DNA from: Dictyostelium discoideum
Lineage: Eukaryota
Reading direction: 5' to 3'
Assembly: GCA_000004695.1 (NCBI GenBank)
Contig: CM000151.3
Location: 8,352,001-8,416,000, forward strand
Length of the DNA stretch: 64,000 nucleotides
The position numbers and the translations under genes were made by a program. Position 1 is the stretch's first letter. Every line of letters begins with the position of its first letter. Shown in pieces: positions 1 through 12,591 of the stretch. The notes beneath the pieces were generated by a model. It had not been told where the DNA came from. It saw only the letters and a program-made list of their open reading frames with translations, and ran no database searches.

Positions 1-570
1 GAAGAATATTATATTATAAAAATTTAAGGTTGTTATGTTGTTGTTGTGGCACACTATACCATTTGAATTAAATTTATCTAAAATTTTTTGATATTGTTAA
101 ATTTTTTTTTTTTTTTTTTTTTTTGATCCTAAAATTGAACAATCGTCTGTAAAGTTTTTAATTATAGAAAGAAAAAAAAAATAAAAAAAATAAAATCACA
201 CCTAAACACACTAGATCCACACAAACACAAATTAAAATTTTTTTTTTTTTTTTTTAATTTATCTTCTTATATTAGGTCATAAATACATATTTATTTAATA
301 AAATAAAATAAAATTTTTTTTTTTTTTTAATTTAAAGAAATTATTTTATTGTTTTTAATAAAATTTTTTAAATAAACCGATCATATTTTTTATCGCTTTA
401 TTTATTTTCTTTATTATTTGAATTAAAATGTAATTTTGTAAAAAAATAAAATAAAATAAAATTTATTAAGATTACAAAAATACAAATATTTGTATTTAAA
501 AATAAAATTTATTTTTACACAATATTATTTATTATTACTACTATTATTTCTACTACTACTACTAATATTG

Positions 571-577
571 TCAAATA

Positions 578-608
<31 letters not shown>

Positions 609-2094
609 TTATATTATTATTATTATAATTATCTATAATTTCTTGTTTCTTTTGAATTTGTTCAATTTTAGATTCTAAATTATTTAATTTTAATAATAAT
701 AAATCTAAAATTTGTTTAGTTGTTGGTGGTTTATTTTGTTTATTTCTCTCTCTTTCTAATTGTTTTTCTTTTCTTTTATTTTCTTTTTCTAGTTTTAATG
801 CTTCTTTTTCCAATTTTAATGATTCTTTTTCTTTTTTTAATAATTCTCTTTGTTCTTTTTTTGTTAAAGAATTTATATTAGAGGGGGAAGAGGAAGAAGA
901 AGAAGAAGAAGAAAATGATTGTTGTAATTCTAAATTTAATAAATTATTTTCTCTTTCTTTTTGTTTGTGAATTAATGATAATAATTCATCATCTTGATCA
1001 ATAATATTTTTATTATTACCATCATCTAAAGTTGAAGATAAATTATCAAATTCTTTATCGGCACCTGTAAATTTCCAACTTTTTCTCATTGAATTTGGAT
1101 AAACATAATATTTTTTAAAGAAATTATTTACATAGCTTATAGTTAGGGGATCACTTGGATAACCTGAACCAATGATGTGAGAGGTATTGGTTTCCAATTG
1201 TTTCATCCAACGATCACGTTCAACTTTTGCAATTATTGATGCAGCACCAACTGAAATGAATTTATGATCGGCTTTAGTCTCACAATAGATTTGGTAAAGT
1301 GGTGGTGGGAATTCCATTTTAAAAGGTTGAGAATACTTTTGAGTATTCATTTCAATCGAGTCAATTATAATCTTACATTGTTGATTCTTTGGTAAATTAT
1401 TAATTGAATCTTTAATTAATTGGTAGAATAGATTGGTTTCAATTTGATTCATAGTATGAAGTTCACGACGTTGATCTATCTTTTCAGAGGTGAGTATAAT
1501 AGTTTGATAGTATAATGCATGTTCAATGATAATATCGTATAGATATTCCCTTCGTTTTGGTGATAACTTTTTACTATCAGTTACTCCCATACTTTTTAAA
1601 TATTTCTCACTTTCATCATCTAATACTACACATGATATAAATAATGGTCCTAATAATGCACCTTTACCAGCTTCATCCATACTAATTGATAAAACTTCTT
1701 CAAATACTTCTAATTTATCTTTATAACTAGTTTTTGGTTGAACCATTAAATTATCAACTCCACCACCACCACCATTGATTGTTGTTGTTGCTGCTAATAT
1801 ATCATCATATGGATAATTAAATTCTTCAATAAATTTATTAATACCATAATTATTAATTTTAATTGTTTCACCATTATTTTTAATCTTAATTTGTTTTTTA
1901 TTTATAGTTGATGATGTTGATGTTGATGTTAATGTTGATGTTAATGTTAATGTTGATCTACTATTACTATAATATAATTTATTATTATTATTTTCATATA
2001 TATTATTATATATTAAATTTTGATTAAAATATATATTATTTATTTGTTTTGATAAATTTTTAAATTTTTGGTGTTTATTTATTATTGATAACAT
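571..2094 (-). CDS. Ribonuclease H2 catalytic subunit A (RNase HII family), 507 aa, with low-complexity N-terminal and Lys/Glu-rich C-terminal extensions
   Basis: Single continuous minus-strand ORF with ATG at 2094 (atg tta tca ata ata aat...). The core carries the RNase HII/H2A active-site region (SMDEAGKGALLGPLFISCVVLDD) and the conserved downstream GSGYPSDP motif. Long Asn/Thr/Ser and KE-rich extensions are typical of Dictyostelium orthologues. Confidence 0.85.
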
Positions 2095-2486
2095 TTTTAT
2101 TATTTATTTTTTTTTTTTTTTTATTAGATTTACAAAAAAAAAAATAAAAAAAAGTGAAAATATGAAAAATTTCATGTGACGAAAAAAAAAGGGTGGGAAT
2201 ATTATAAAAAAAAAAAAAAAGAAAAAATAAAAAATATCTCTATTTTTTTTTTTTTAATTATTATTTTTATATATTTTATTATATATTAAATTTTTAGTAA
2301 AACATATATTATTGATTGGTTTGAAAAAATTTTAAATTTTTGGTTTTTATTTATTATTGATACCATTTTTTTTATTATTATTTTTTATTGGATTTATAAC
2401 TAAGAAATAATAAAAAAAAATAATAAAAAAAAAGAGAAAAAGAAAAAAAGTAATTTTAATTGTTAACAATATAAACTTATTAACAT

Positions 2487-2519
<33 letters not shown>

Positions 2520-2613
2520 TTTTTTTTTAAAAACTGGATATTATTTTTTATTTAATTATTTTTATTATTTTTAGAAATCTATGTATATTTATATTTTTTT
2601 TTATATTTTCTTG

Positions 2614-4626
2614 TTATTGAATTTCCATCCATTCATCTGAAAATTTTGTAAATAATGGAAAAGTTTCAGAAATATGTTCAAAACTTGAAATATAATTATA
2701 AGTAATTGATCCTAAAGTTTCAGGACCTATATAAAGATAATGAACTGTATCATTTTCATTATATTCTTTTCTAGTAAAAATTTCAGACCAAATACTCTTA
2801 TTTGCATGTGTTTTGAAAGTATCACGTTCTGAATTTAATTTTAAAGTGATTTGAACAATAAAGAATCTAAGATAAACTGCATCCCAAATATAAAATTCAA
2901 TATCTTTATTATTTTGTAAAAAGTTATAACAATTGTTATTAATATAATTATTGATATTAATATTCTTTATATTATTATTATTACTATAATTATTAATTGT
3001 TGTTATTGAATGTGGTAACATAATGAAAGAGTAGTTCCAATCAATTGCATTATCATCGAAACAGAAATCATATAAATGCACAGTTCTAATTAAATTTATT
3101 CTTAAATGTTCAATCTTTGGAAACTCGAATTCGTTTGCTGTAAATATAGTTTTCAAATTAAAATCTTTTTCATCTAGAATTTTATTTGATAAATAACTTT
3201 TAGCAGCATTGAAACAAATATCACGAGAATAATAATTAAATCCAATTGAAAATATTTTCTCAATGAATTCATTTAAAAACGATTGATAAGCGTCACCCAA
3301 TTTCTCTTTCAATACTGTCAATGCAATTGGTGATTTTGCTCTAATAATTGAATAACCACCTTTTTTATGAAAACATGGTTCTTCTGGTAAATATTGGGTT
3401 ACCATAAATTGTGATAATATCAATATCTTTTCATTATCAATTGGTAACATCAATTCTAACAATGCCATACTTCTCTCAAACAATACCTTTTGCTCATTTG
3501 TTAATTTTTTGAATACAATTTCTAAATCCCCTTTATACTCTCTATATCTATTGGAATAATAATTATCAAATAATCCTTTACAATTATTTTTAAATTTATT
3601 TTCACATGAAATAAAATAATTTAATTCACCCCTAATAATAATAATAATAATAAAATAAAAAAATTAATATATTTTGTATTATTATTTTGTATTTATTATT
3701 ATTAAAGTTATAAATACTTACGGTATCATATTTGTAGTATAACAAATTTTTGATTGGAAATATAGATTATTTAACCATGATATATTGTTTTTAAATTTAT
3801 TTAAATTAAATGATCTCCATTCTAAAAATTCATTAAATTGGAAACCAACATTCATTGAATAAATTGTCCATGAATTTTGATTATTATTATTAACAAAATT
3901 CACCAATGGTTGATTCTTACCCTCAGAAATTGAAACAACTACCAAATCACATTTTATTAAATTTTGAATTATCTCTGGTAAATTATATGGAAATTTGGTT
4001 TTCTTACTATTGATTAATGTTGTTGTAATTAGTGTATGTTGATCAAAAAATATAAAAAAATTTAATTCTTTACTTTTATTATAAATCGAAAGATCTTTTA
4101 AAAATAATAAAATATTTTCAAATGTAAATGATTTTTTTTTTGAATTTCTCTTTTTACCACCACCACCACTATTAATTGATTTTATAAAATCCTTTTTCCA
4201 CCAATTTGATACGAATTTGTCATTATTTATTTCATAAGCAATGAAAATTGAAAATATGAATAAGAAATTGGCTTCTCTTTCATTTTCATATTTAAACCAA
4301 TTTCCATAATCTGGTATATAAACACATCTATTATTATTATTAATATTATTATTATTTGGTTTTTTGCTTTCTATGTAATTTGAACTTTCGATTTCGAATA
4401 ATCCATTTCTAATTTCGGATACAATTTGATAGATTGAATATGATTTACCAATACCACTGACACCTTTTATTAAAACATTTTTATTTTCAAATCTTTCTCT
4501 ATTTAACAGTTCTTTTATATTTGATGTTTCACTAGTATTTTGGATGAAAATATAATCACCACCACTAATACCATTTGAAACAAAATCTAAACTATTTCTT
4601 GGAAATATTGAAAATAATGGATCCAT
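2614..4626 (-). CDS. P-loop NTPase domain protein of unknown function; 2 exons, complement(join(2614..3631,3722..4626)), about 640 aa
   Basis: ATG at 4626. Walker A motif KNVLIKGVSGIGKSYS near the N-terminus. Minus-strand donor GTAAGT begins at plus-strand 3721; acceptor ...ttattattag| with the downstream exon starting at 3631. Phase-2 junction joins the track ORFs 3718..4626 and 2614..3483 into one frame. The 90-nt intron is AT-rich. Confidence 0.6.
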
Positions 4627-5516
4627 TGGGAATCTTCTTCTTGAATTTAATGTTTTATGTGTTTTATAATAATTTAATGATTCATTTAATATTTTTTCAA
4701 TATTATTTTCATTTTCTGAAAGAAAAAAAAAAAAAAAAAATTAATAATCAAAAATTAATAATTAATAATTAAAATCTAAAAATAAAAAAGGTGAGTGAAA
4801 ATAAAATATTTGTGAATTTTTTTTTTTTTCATCCAGGCCAAAAAAAAAAAATGAAAAACGAAAAATGAAAAATGTGAAAAAAAAAAAAAATTGTGATGAA
4901 GAAAAAAGAGAGAGATAGAAAAAAAAAAAAGTGAGATCTTTAAAAAGACAAACTAAAAATAAATTAATTAAAAATGAAAAAAAAAATAATCAAATAACTT
5001 ACCACCAATCACTTTGGTTTTTTTTTTAATAATCATTTTTAATAATATTTAACTTTTTATGTTCTTTTTTTATTTTATTTTTTTATTTATTTTTTTATTT
5101 TTTTATGATGGATGGTTTGTAAAATCAATTGAAAAAAAAAAAAAGAAAAATTATAAAAAAATTAAAAAAAAAAAAAAAAAATAAAAAAAGATAAAAAAAA
5201 AAAAAATTTGGTCTGAAAAATCTGCTGATTTTGATCATGTTTGTCATTCTTTGAACTCACTTTTTTTTTTTTTTGGGCTTTTTAGGGGTAATTTTTATAT
5301 TTAAATAAAAAAAAAAAAAAATTAAACCATTTAATAAAATTAAAATCACGATTTTTCAATTGAATTTATTTTTTTTTTTTTTTTTATTTTAGATTTTTAA
5401 AAATAATTATTTTATTTTATTTTTTTTTTATTTTATTTTTTTTTTTCTCTTTTTCCTTTTTTAGATTAAATAGATTTAAATTTATATTTTTATTATTTTT
5501 ATTTTTATATTAATGT

Positions 5517-5549
<33 letters not shown>

Positions 5550-5627
5550 CCTTAACAAAAAAAAAAAAAAAAAATTTTGTAATTTTTAAATATTATAAAT
5601 AATAATAATAATATGTTATAAATAAAA

Positions 5628-5933
5628 ATGAAAACAATTCAAATATATATTTTAACATTATTTTTAATAATGTTATCATTTCAAACTTTACTTGTGGTTG
5701 TAGTTGCCAAAGAATTTGAAAAGTATGACTATGACAAATTAAGGGAATGTATTGCAGAATGTGAAGATACAGATTATATTTTAAATATTTGTTATCAAGG
5801 TCACCCAAAGAAAAATGTTGCCAAAGAGTTAGCCAATGTATGTCTTGATTATGCCACTGCTTATGAAAAAGGTAATCAAGATAAATACCTTTCAAAATGT
5901 TATGACCTTTGTAAACTTTATTCTCATAAATAA
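5628..5933 (+). CDS. Small secreted cysteine-rich protein (101 aa), unknown family
   Basis: ATG in an aaaaATG context after a poly-T/TATA-like region. N-terminal hydrophobic signal peptide followed by a 6-Cys mature region. Ends in a long A70 tract. No homolog recognised. Confidence 0.4.
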   Translation: MKTIQIYILTLFLIMLSFQTLLVVVVAKEFEKYDYDKLRECIAECEDTDYILNICYQGHPKKNVAKELANVCLDYATAYEKGNQDKYLSKCYDLCKLYSHK

Positions 5934-5947
5934 ATTTTACATTTTTC

Positions 5948-6014
<67 letters not shown>

Positions 6015-6292
6015 TTTTAAAAATAAAATCCGTTAAGTTTTAAAACAATTTTAAAAATATTAGTATTTAATAGTATTTTTATTTAAAAATAAAATAAAAT
6101 AAAAACTATCTTAATTTTAAAAATATCAGAAATAAATTTTATTAATTTTGATCTATTAATTTTTTATAAAATATAAATAATATTGTTTTTTTTTTTTTGA
6201 ATTGGATAACGCAATTATTAGTTGCTTCTCCTTGAGATGCTAGATCTCATTTTATTTATAGTTTTTTACAGGGTCTCTAAAAGAGGGGTTAG

Positions 6293-6358
<66 letters not shown>

Positions 6359-6607
6359 TTATATAGAGTACTGAGTGAATTATTGTATTTTTTGAAATGT
6401 TTGGGAAGTGCTATTGCGTGAAGAGGTGAGTTCCATTGTCTGCTAAATTGTAATAACTTTAGCGAGATTAGTGAGTCTAATTTATTTTGTTCTTCTGGCC
6501 GTTGCTTTGATTTGATTCTTAATGTTTTGTTAATAAACCGCAAATTAATATTGTTTTTTTTTTTTTTTAATAACATCACTCAATTTGAGTGTGTTCTAGG
6601 AGAGTTT

Positions 6608-6611
<4 letters not shown>

Positions 6612-6655
<44 letters not shown>

Positions 6656-7533
6656 CTTGTTATTCTTATTTTTTTTATTATTATTATTATTATTATATTA
6701 TTATTATTATTATATTATTATTATTATATTATTATTATTATTATATTATTATTATTATTATTATTCACAGCAAAGAAAAATGCACCTTTAAAGCAAATTT
6801 AAAGAAAAGTTGATTTAAATTGGATTTAAATTGAATTTAAAGCCGCGTTTAAAAAATTCATTTTTAAGGTAATTTTTAAGGTAATTTTTAAGATATTTAA
6901 AAATGCCTTTAAAATTTGCTTTAAAATAATTTTTTAAGCAATTTTAAAGGTGATTTTAAAGGTGATTTTAAAGGTGATTTTTAAGGTAATTTTTAAGATA
7001 ATTTTTAAGATATTTAAAAATACCTTTAAAATTTATTTTAAATTAATTTTAAATAGGATTTAAAGTAGATTTAAAGTAGATTTAAAGTGAATTTAAATTT
7101 CCTTTAAACATAAATTTAAGGTTTTTAATAAAAAAGATCTAATTTTAGAACAAAAAAATGGGGATAAAATATTCTATCATTTTTAAATTTTCATCAAAGC
7201 AATCAAATGGTGTAATGGTTGATGAGATTACCCTTTGATAGAGGGTCGGGGGATCGAATCCCTTTTGGTAATTTTTGAAAAATTAAAAAAAAAATTTTAA
7301 AAAATTTATCCGTTAAATAACGGCTTCGAACTCAGGACCTCGCTTTTAAAGCGATTAAAAAGGTAATTTTAAAGGTAATTTTAAAGGTAATTTTTAAGGT
7401 GATTTTAAAGTAACCTTAAAAATTACCTTTAAAATTACCTTTAAAATTGCTTTAATTCAGGACTTTAAAGCAAATTTAAATTTAATTTAAAGCGAATTTA
7501 AAGGTGGTTTTTCTTCGTTGTGTTGTTATAATT
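6612..7533. repeat. Repeat-dense region 3' of the TRE ORF2: tandem and inverted arrays of about 21-bp units (TTTAAAGGTAATTTTTAAGGT / GGTGATTTTAAAGGTGATTTT) flanking a tRNA-like fragment; bounded on the left by a T48 tract at 6612-6660
   Basis: Direct reading. Units recur in forward orientation at 6870-7000 and 7350-7410 and as reverse complements at 7410-7450, forming long imperfect palindromes. May be the terminal B/C-type module of the adjacent TRE element or an independent element. Confidence 0.5.
7201..7345. other. tRNA-derived fragments embedded in the repeat region. Plus strand 7201-7268 has a D-arm-like ATGGTGTAATGGTT, a perfect anticodon-type stem-loop ACCCT-TTGATAG-AGGGT and a T-arm-like GGGGGATCGAATCCC. 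Minus strand 7311-7342 has a B-box-like AGTTCGAAGCC, a CCGTTATTTAACGG hairpin and T-runs (Pol III terminator-like).
   Basis: Pattern recognition against the tRNA cloverleaf and B-box consensus GGTTCGANTCC. No acceptor stem or proper D-stem can be formed, so this is not a functional tRNA. Confidence 0.4.
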
Positions 7534-7556
7534 TTTTTTTTTTTTTTTTTTTTTTT

Positions 7557-10500
7557 TTATGAGTAGTTGGTGTTATATGAGCAGTATGGTATGAAGTGTT
7601 CCGGGATGTTTATGGTCATGAGTTTCGAGTTCCAGTTGTGGCTGAATTTTTCGAGTCTTCTTTTTATTGATGCGGTCCGATTGATTGACTCTCGGTTATC
7701 AGTGCATCTTAGTTCTTGACGTAGTTGTTTTTCTACTATCTTTCTTGTTCTATCCCATTCGGCATCTCTCGCTTTTTTGATTTTATGAATTATTTGGTTC
7801 TCTGTTATTATTGTAGTGTTATCGTTGAATTTTATTTGATTTCTTCTGTACCATATCGATTCCATAATGGCTCCTATCAGATTTGATGAGAATGGTGTGA
7901 GTAGTTTTCCGAGAACTTTTTCGCTCCATGGACCGTGGTAAGTGTTGTTGGAGTCTTTACAGACCTTTTGATAGATTGAGTCGATATTCTGTTTTATTGA
8001 TTTGCATTCGAAGAAGATGTGCATAGACGATTCTTCTTCTTTACATGAGTGGCAATTCTCCCCATGGTGTTTTGGAAGTGCCTTGAGTAGATATCTCCAT
8101 GCTAAGTCTCTTCCTTTGATAGTTGTGATTGATCTGGCTTCTCTAAATGGTAGAATTGGGTGATTAATGTTCTTTTGAATCAGTTTTTGACCTGTTGTTG
8201 GCTGGTGTTTGTTCCATCCCTTGTATTTGATATCCATCATGTTTCTATAGATTACTTTTAATTTTTGTTTGTTTTCGTATTTGGGTTTGACTTGGTTTAG
8301 TTTGAGAGTTATTCGCTCTCTTGGGTGGTGCAACAACTTCCAGGCTTTCCAGCATTTGATATGAATCCTTGATAGTGAGTTTTCTTTTTCCGACTTCCAG
8401 ACTTCCATATGTGGAGGGCAGTTCTGGTCGTCTTTTTCTCTGAGGTATTGTTCGTATATCCATGCTTTCTGGGCATTGGATCTGGTTGCCATATTCCAGA
8501 GTTCCAGGCCTCCAATTTCATAGTCTCTTCTGCTCCTTTCTTTTGAGATAGCCCACCTGTCCCCTTTGAATAACATGTTGGCATTAACGTTCTCCAGTTT
8601 CTTTATGTCATTTATTTCGTTGATGTATAGTTGGAATGTTAGTTGGGACAGGAGGTATGATTTGAGGATTGTGATTCTACCTTTTAGCGTTGATGACACG
8701 CTCGAGTAGCATTTTGTGAGGTTTTCCAGTTTGTTCACCGTATCATCTACTTTGCTTATTACACCTTTGCGGTTGAAGAAAAAGCCAAGATATCTTTCTT
8801 CTTCTTTCGCCCCAATTGTCTTATATTTGGTCTTTATCTTTGGGTTTTTAGTGATGCATACACATTTATTATCGTTTATTTTTGCTGCTGTGGCTTGGCA
8901 AAATTTTATAACTTTCATATCCATTTTATCTGCGTCATCTATGTTACTGGCTAGTGTGACTGTGTCGTCTGCATATTGTCCAATCTTCATCGAATTGTTC
9001 TGATTGAGTTTTATGCCTATTATGGTATTGTCTTTTCTTATTGATGTTGATAAGCATTCACATACTATAGCGAAGAGAGTTGGTGAAATTGGGTCGCCCT
9101 GTTTTGTACCTCTTCCTGCTCTGAAGGATTCAGAGAGTTGTCCATTTACCATGACCCTTATGTTGGTGTTCGTTAACATGCTTAGTATTGTGTTTGTTAT
9201 TTTCCGAGGGAACTTTAGATGGTTTAGAGTCCTTATTAACGCTTTATGAGATATTGAATCGAAGGCTTTTTCGAAGTCATAAAAGGTGATTATCGTGTTT
9301 CTATCACTCTTTTCCATTGCTAAATCCAAAGCTATAATGTTGTTGTGGAGTAGCCTTCCTGGTATAAAACCGTTCTGGTACTTTGAGATTATGTTTGGCA
9401 GGATTTTTAGTATTCTATTGTTGATTATTTTTGAGTAGATTTTGTAGTCTACGTTGAGTAACGTTATTGGTCTTCTGTTTGAGATTTCCAAGACATCCCC
9501 TTTACCTTTGTATATTGATGTAAGGATACCGTTCTTGAATTCTGTTGGAATTTCATTGTTTAAAAAGAAGTTGAATAGTTCTGTGAGGATTGGAATTAGT
9601 TTGTGTTGGTGGATTTTATAGAATGAAGATGTTATTCCATCTTCTCCTGGTGATTTACCTTCTGCTATCTTTTCTATTGCTAGCTTAACCTCATATTCTT
9701 CGATTCTGTCTTCCATCTCTGTTAATTTTTTTTTATCTATTGGTGGGTTCCAGGTGCTTAGAAGTTCTGTATGTGTTTCTTGGTCGCATTCTTTCTCTTT
9801 GAAGAGTGTCTCGTAATATTTTCTGAAGCAATCTGTTATTTCTTTTTGTTCTGTTTCGATTTCTCCATTGGATGGGTTCTTTATTCTGTGAATCTGGGAG
9901 CCCGAGTCTCTTTTTTTAAGAATAGATGTAAGGAGATTTGATGCTATTTCTTTATTGTTGATGTAGTTGATTGAGCTTTTGATCATTCTGTCTATTCTTT
10001 CTTCTTCTTGAAGTATTGTTATTTCGTTCGATATTGTTTCTTTTTCATATTTGTTTTTTGTTTTTGTGTGTTCATTTGCTAGATTTGATAGCGTTTTTTT
10101 TCTCTCTAGTATTCTTTTCTTTTCTGTTGTAATGCATTGTTTTTTTATTTTTTTTTTGAACTTAATCCAGTATTCCGTTATGTTAAGGTTTTTTCTTTTG
10201 GTTTCCTGGTAGTGGTCGATTATTTTTTCTATCTTTTTTATTGTTTTATCTTCTTTAATTATTATTGAGTTCATTTTCCATAGGGGTGATTTGTATATTT
10301 TTGTGAAATTTGGTATTTTGAAATCCATCACTACTATGTTATGGTCTGATTTGTTTATTTTATCTATTATCTTGTACGAGTGATTGAGTTGGTGCATCTT
10401 TGTTGATAAGAATGTTCTATCGATTAGTTTATCTTTGAAGGTTGTTTTAGTTGTTGAATTTGGTAGTATTTCGGTGAGTCCTACTTCCATCATTAGGAAT

Positions 10501-10988
10501 TCTATTGTTTCATTTTCTGTGAATTTTCTCTTATCGGATGATCCATCTTTGAACTTGATTTTTGCATATTTGTTGATGTTAAAGTCACCAGTAACTATGT
10601 CTGCCTGTTCTAGATCTTCAAGGGAAATATTGTTTGAAAACCATCCTTTTCTTCTGTCATATGAGGCTGGTGCATAGATGCAAATTATGTTGATTTCCAT
10701 ATTGTTTAGAATTGCAGTAAATTTTAAGATTCTGCCTTCTTTTTCTTCCAAGTTTTTAATTTCTATTTGTTCTAGGTGATTTATTGCCATTACTCCTTTT
10801 CCTCTTGCTTCTTTTCCTTTTCCTCCTGTTGAGTAATGGTTTTTGATTTGCGCTAGATTTTGATCCTTTTTTAGATTTGTTTCTGTTAGTATTGATATAT
10901 CAGGTTTTATTAGGTTAATTGTATTTTTTGTCTGATTCATGCTTTTGATTGTTGAGCAACCTTGGCAATTCCAGGTCATTATTTTTAT

Positions 10989-10991
<3 letters not shown>
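7557..10991 (-). CDS. Retrotransposon ORF2 polyprotein (1144 aa): APE-type endonuclease, reverse transcriptase, C-terminal Cys/His domain
   Basis: ATG at 10991. N-terminal L1/APE-like endonuclease (MTWNCQG...ILTETNL). RT motifs FIPGRLL...FYDFEKAFDSISH...QYADDTVTLA. C-terminal CHSC...HIFFECK zinc-knuckle-like domain. Confidence 0.9.
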
Positions 10992-11037
<46 letters not shown>

Positions 11038-11052
11038 TTTTTTTTTTTTTTT

Positions 11053-11090
<38 letters not shown>

Positions 11091-11096
<6 letters not shown>

Positions 11097-12446
11097 AAAT
11101 GAGACAGATGGAAGTATGTCTTGGAGTACTTTGGGCAATTTGTCTCTTAGTGCTGCTTCCATTAGATCTGATTCTTCCTTTGTTATTTTAGTTGGAGTTT
11201 TGTAAGGTGTTGATATTTCTTGGTGATTAGTTGTTGGGTTTGGAGATGAGTTGGATCTTTTTCTTTTTACTGTCTCTGGGGTTGCTGGAGATTCTGGATT
11301 TTGGATAGGTGACATTGTTTGTCTTTTTTTGATTGAGGCTAACCTTGGGGTTTCCTTCTTTTTTTGGTTATTTATTTTTTCTTCAAACATTCTGTTCTCT
11401 TCTTCATTTTCGAACATCTTTCTTACCACTTCTAATGCTTCTTCATCTTCAGTTAACTCCATTTTCCTTTTCTCTTTGCTGTCAACACTATATGTTACTG
11501 TTATTGGTGGGACACGAAGTACTTTTCTCTTTTCAATGTTGTTTATTGTGTTTGTCGTTTCTGTCGTTGTAGTTGCTCTAATTGTTGTGGGTTTTTTATT
11601 TTCAATTTCGTTTTCCTTTACTTTTTCGTTTTTGCTCTTGTCTTTGATGTTGTCATTTTTGATTTCTTTATTATTTTCTTTTCTGTTTTCTATTTTGTTT
11701 TTGTTGTTATTTTTTGATTCGCTAGTGTTTTTATGATTGGATTCTTCTTTTGATTTTATGTTTATTCTTGTGTTTTCCTTTATCTCGGGGTTTGGTAGTT
11801 CCGTGATTTTTGAATTTTCTGAGATTTCGTCTTCGATTTCCTTATTTGTTTTTCTTTGATTTTTTGTTTCTTCTGTTGTAGTGAGGAATAGTATTGTTAT
11901 GTGTTTACAATGTATTAGCTGGTCTTTGTGCTCTGGACTGATAATTGAGTTGAATGAGTGTATTATCAGGTTTTCACCTAAATTATCTAATTTGATTATT
12001 TCCAGTCCTTCTTCATGCAATGTTTTTTCTACTATGTCCATTGATTTTTCCCAGTTGAATGTTTTGAAGATCTTTTTTGGTTTTATTATTGCTCTGTGAA
12101 CTCCTTTTAGTACTCCGTTGAAAACGTTAGAGTACTTGATTACTTGAGTTCTGCAGTCAGTTAGGATTTTGAATTTATTCTTACTTATTATTATCTTATC
12201 ATCTCCTTGTAAATGAATTTCCAATTCTGCTTTTAAGTTGTTGGAAATCTCATCTGGGATATTGATCATGAATTTATATTGTTTTAGTTCAATTTGAGTG
12301 TGGTATATTGCTTCGCTTATTTTATCAAGTGTTCTGTACGTATTTTTTAAATATTTGAACTTTGTTCTGAGTTCATTTGATTTCTTGATTTTATCTGCCA
12401 ATGTTTCTGTTGATTCTGTCATTATTGTATTTGCCAATTTATTCAT
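11091..12446 (-). CDS. Retrotransposon ORF1 protein (451 aa), coiled-coil/basic nucleic-acid-binding protein
   Basis: ATG at 12446. Lys/Glu/Asn-rich, lies upstream of and on the same strand as the EN-RT ORF2. Separated from ORF2 by an A-rich spacer of about 95 nt (10992-11090). Confidence 0.75.
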
Positions 12447-12524
12447 TTCTTTTTTTTTCTTTAAAATCTTTATTCGACTTTAAAAATTTAAAATTCTGGA
12501 AATTCCCTGAAAGAATGTTTTCGG

Positions 12525-12588
<64 letters not shown>

Positions 12589-12591
<3 letters not shown>

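Noticed and set aside
6512-6813. ORFs 6512..6802 and 6589..6813 encoding poly-F/I/Y/L
   Set aside because: Translation of T48 and (ATT)n homopolymer/microsatellite tracts.
8245-10677. Short ORFs 8245..8463, 8309..8584, 8716..9003, 9004..9249, 10384..10677 and 11251..11736, 11333..11572, 11881..12099, 12298..12607
   Set aside because: Alternative-frame or antisense ORFs inside retrotransposon ORF2/ORF1. The long collinear EN-RT and ORF1 frames explain this region.
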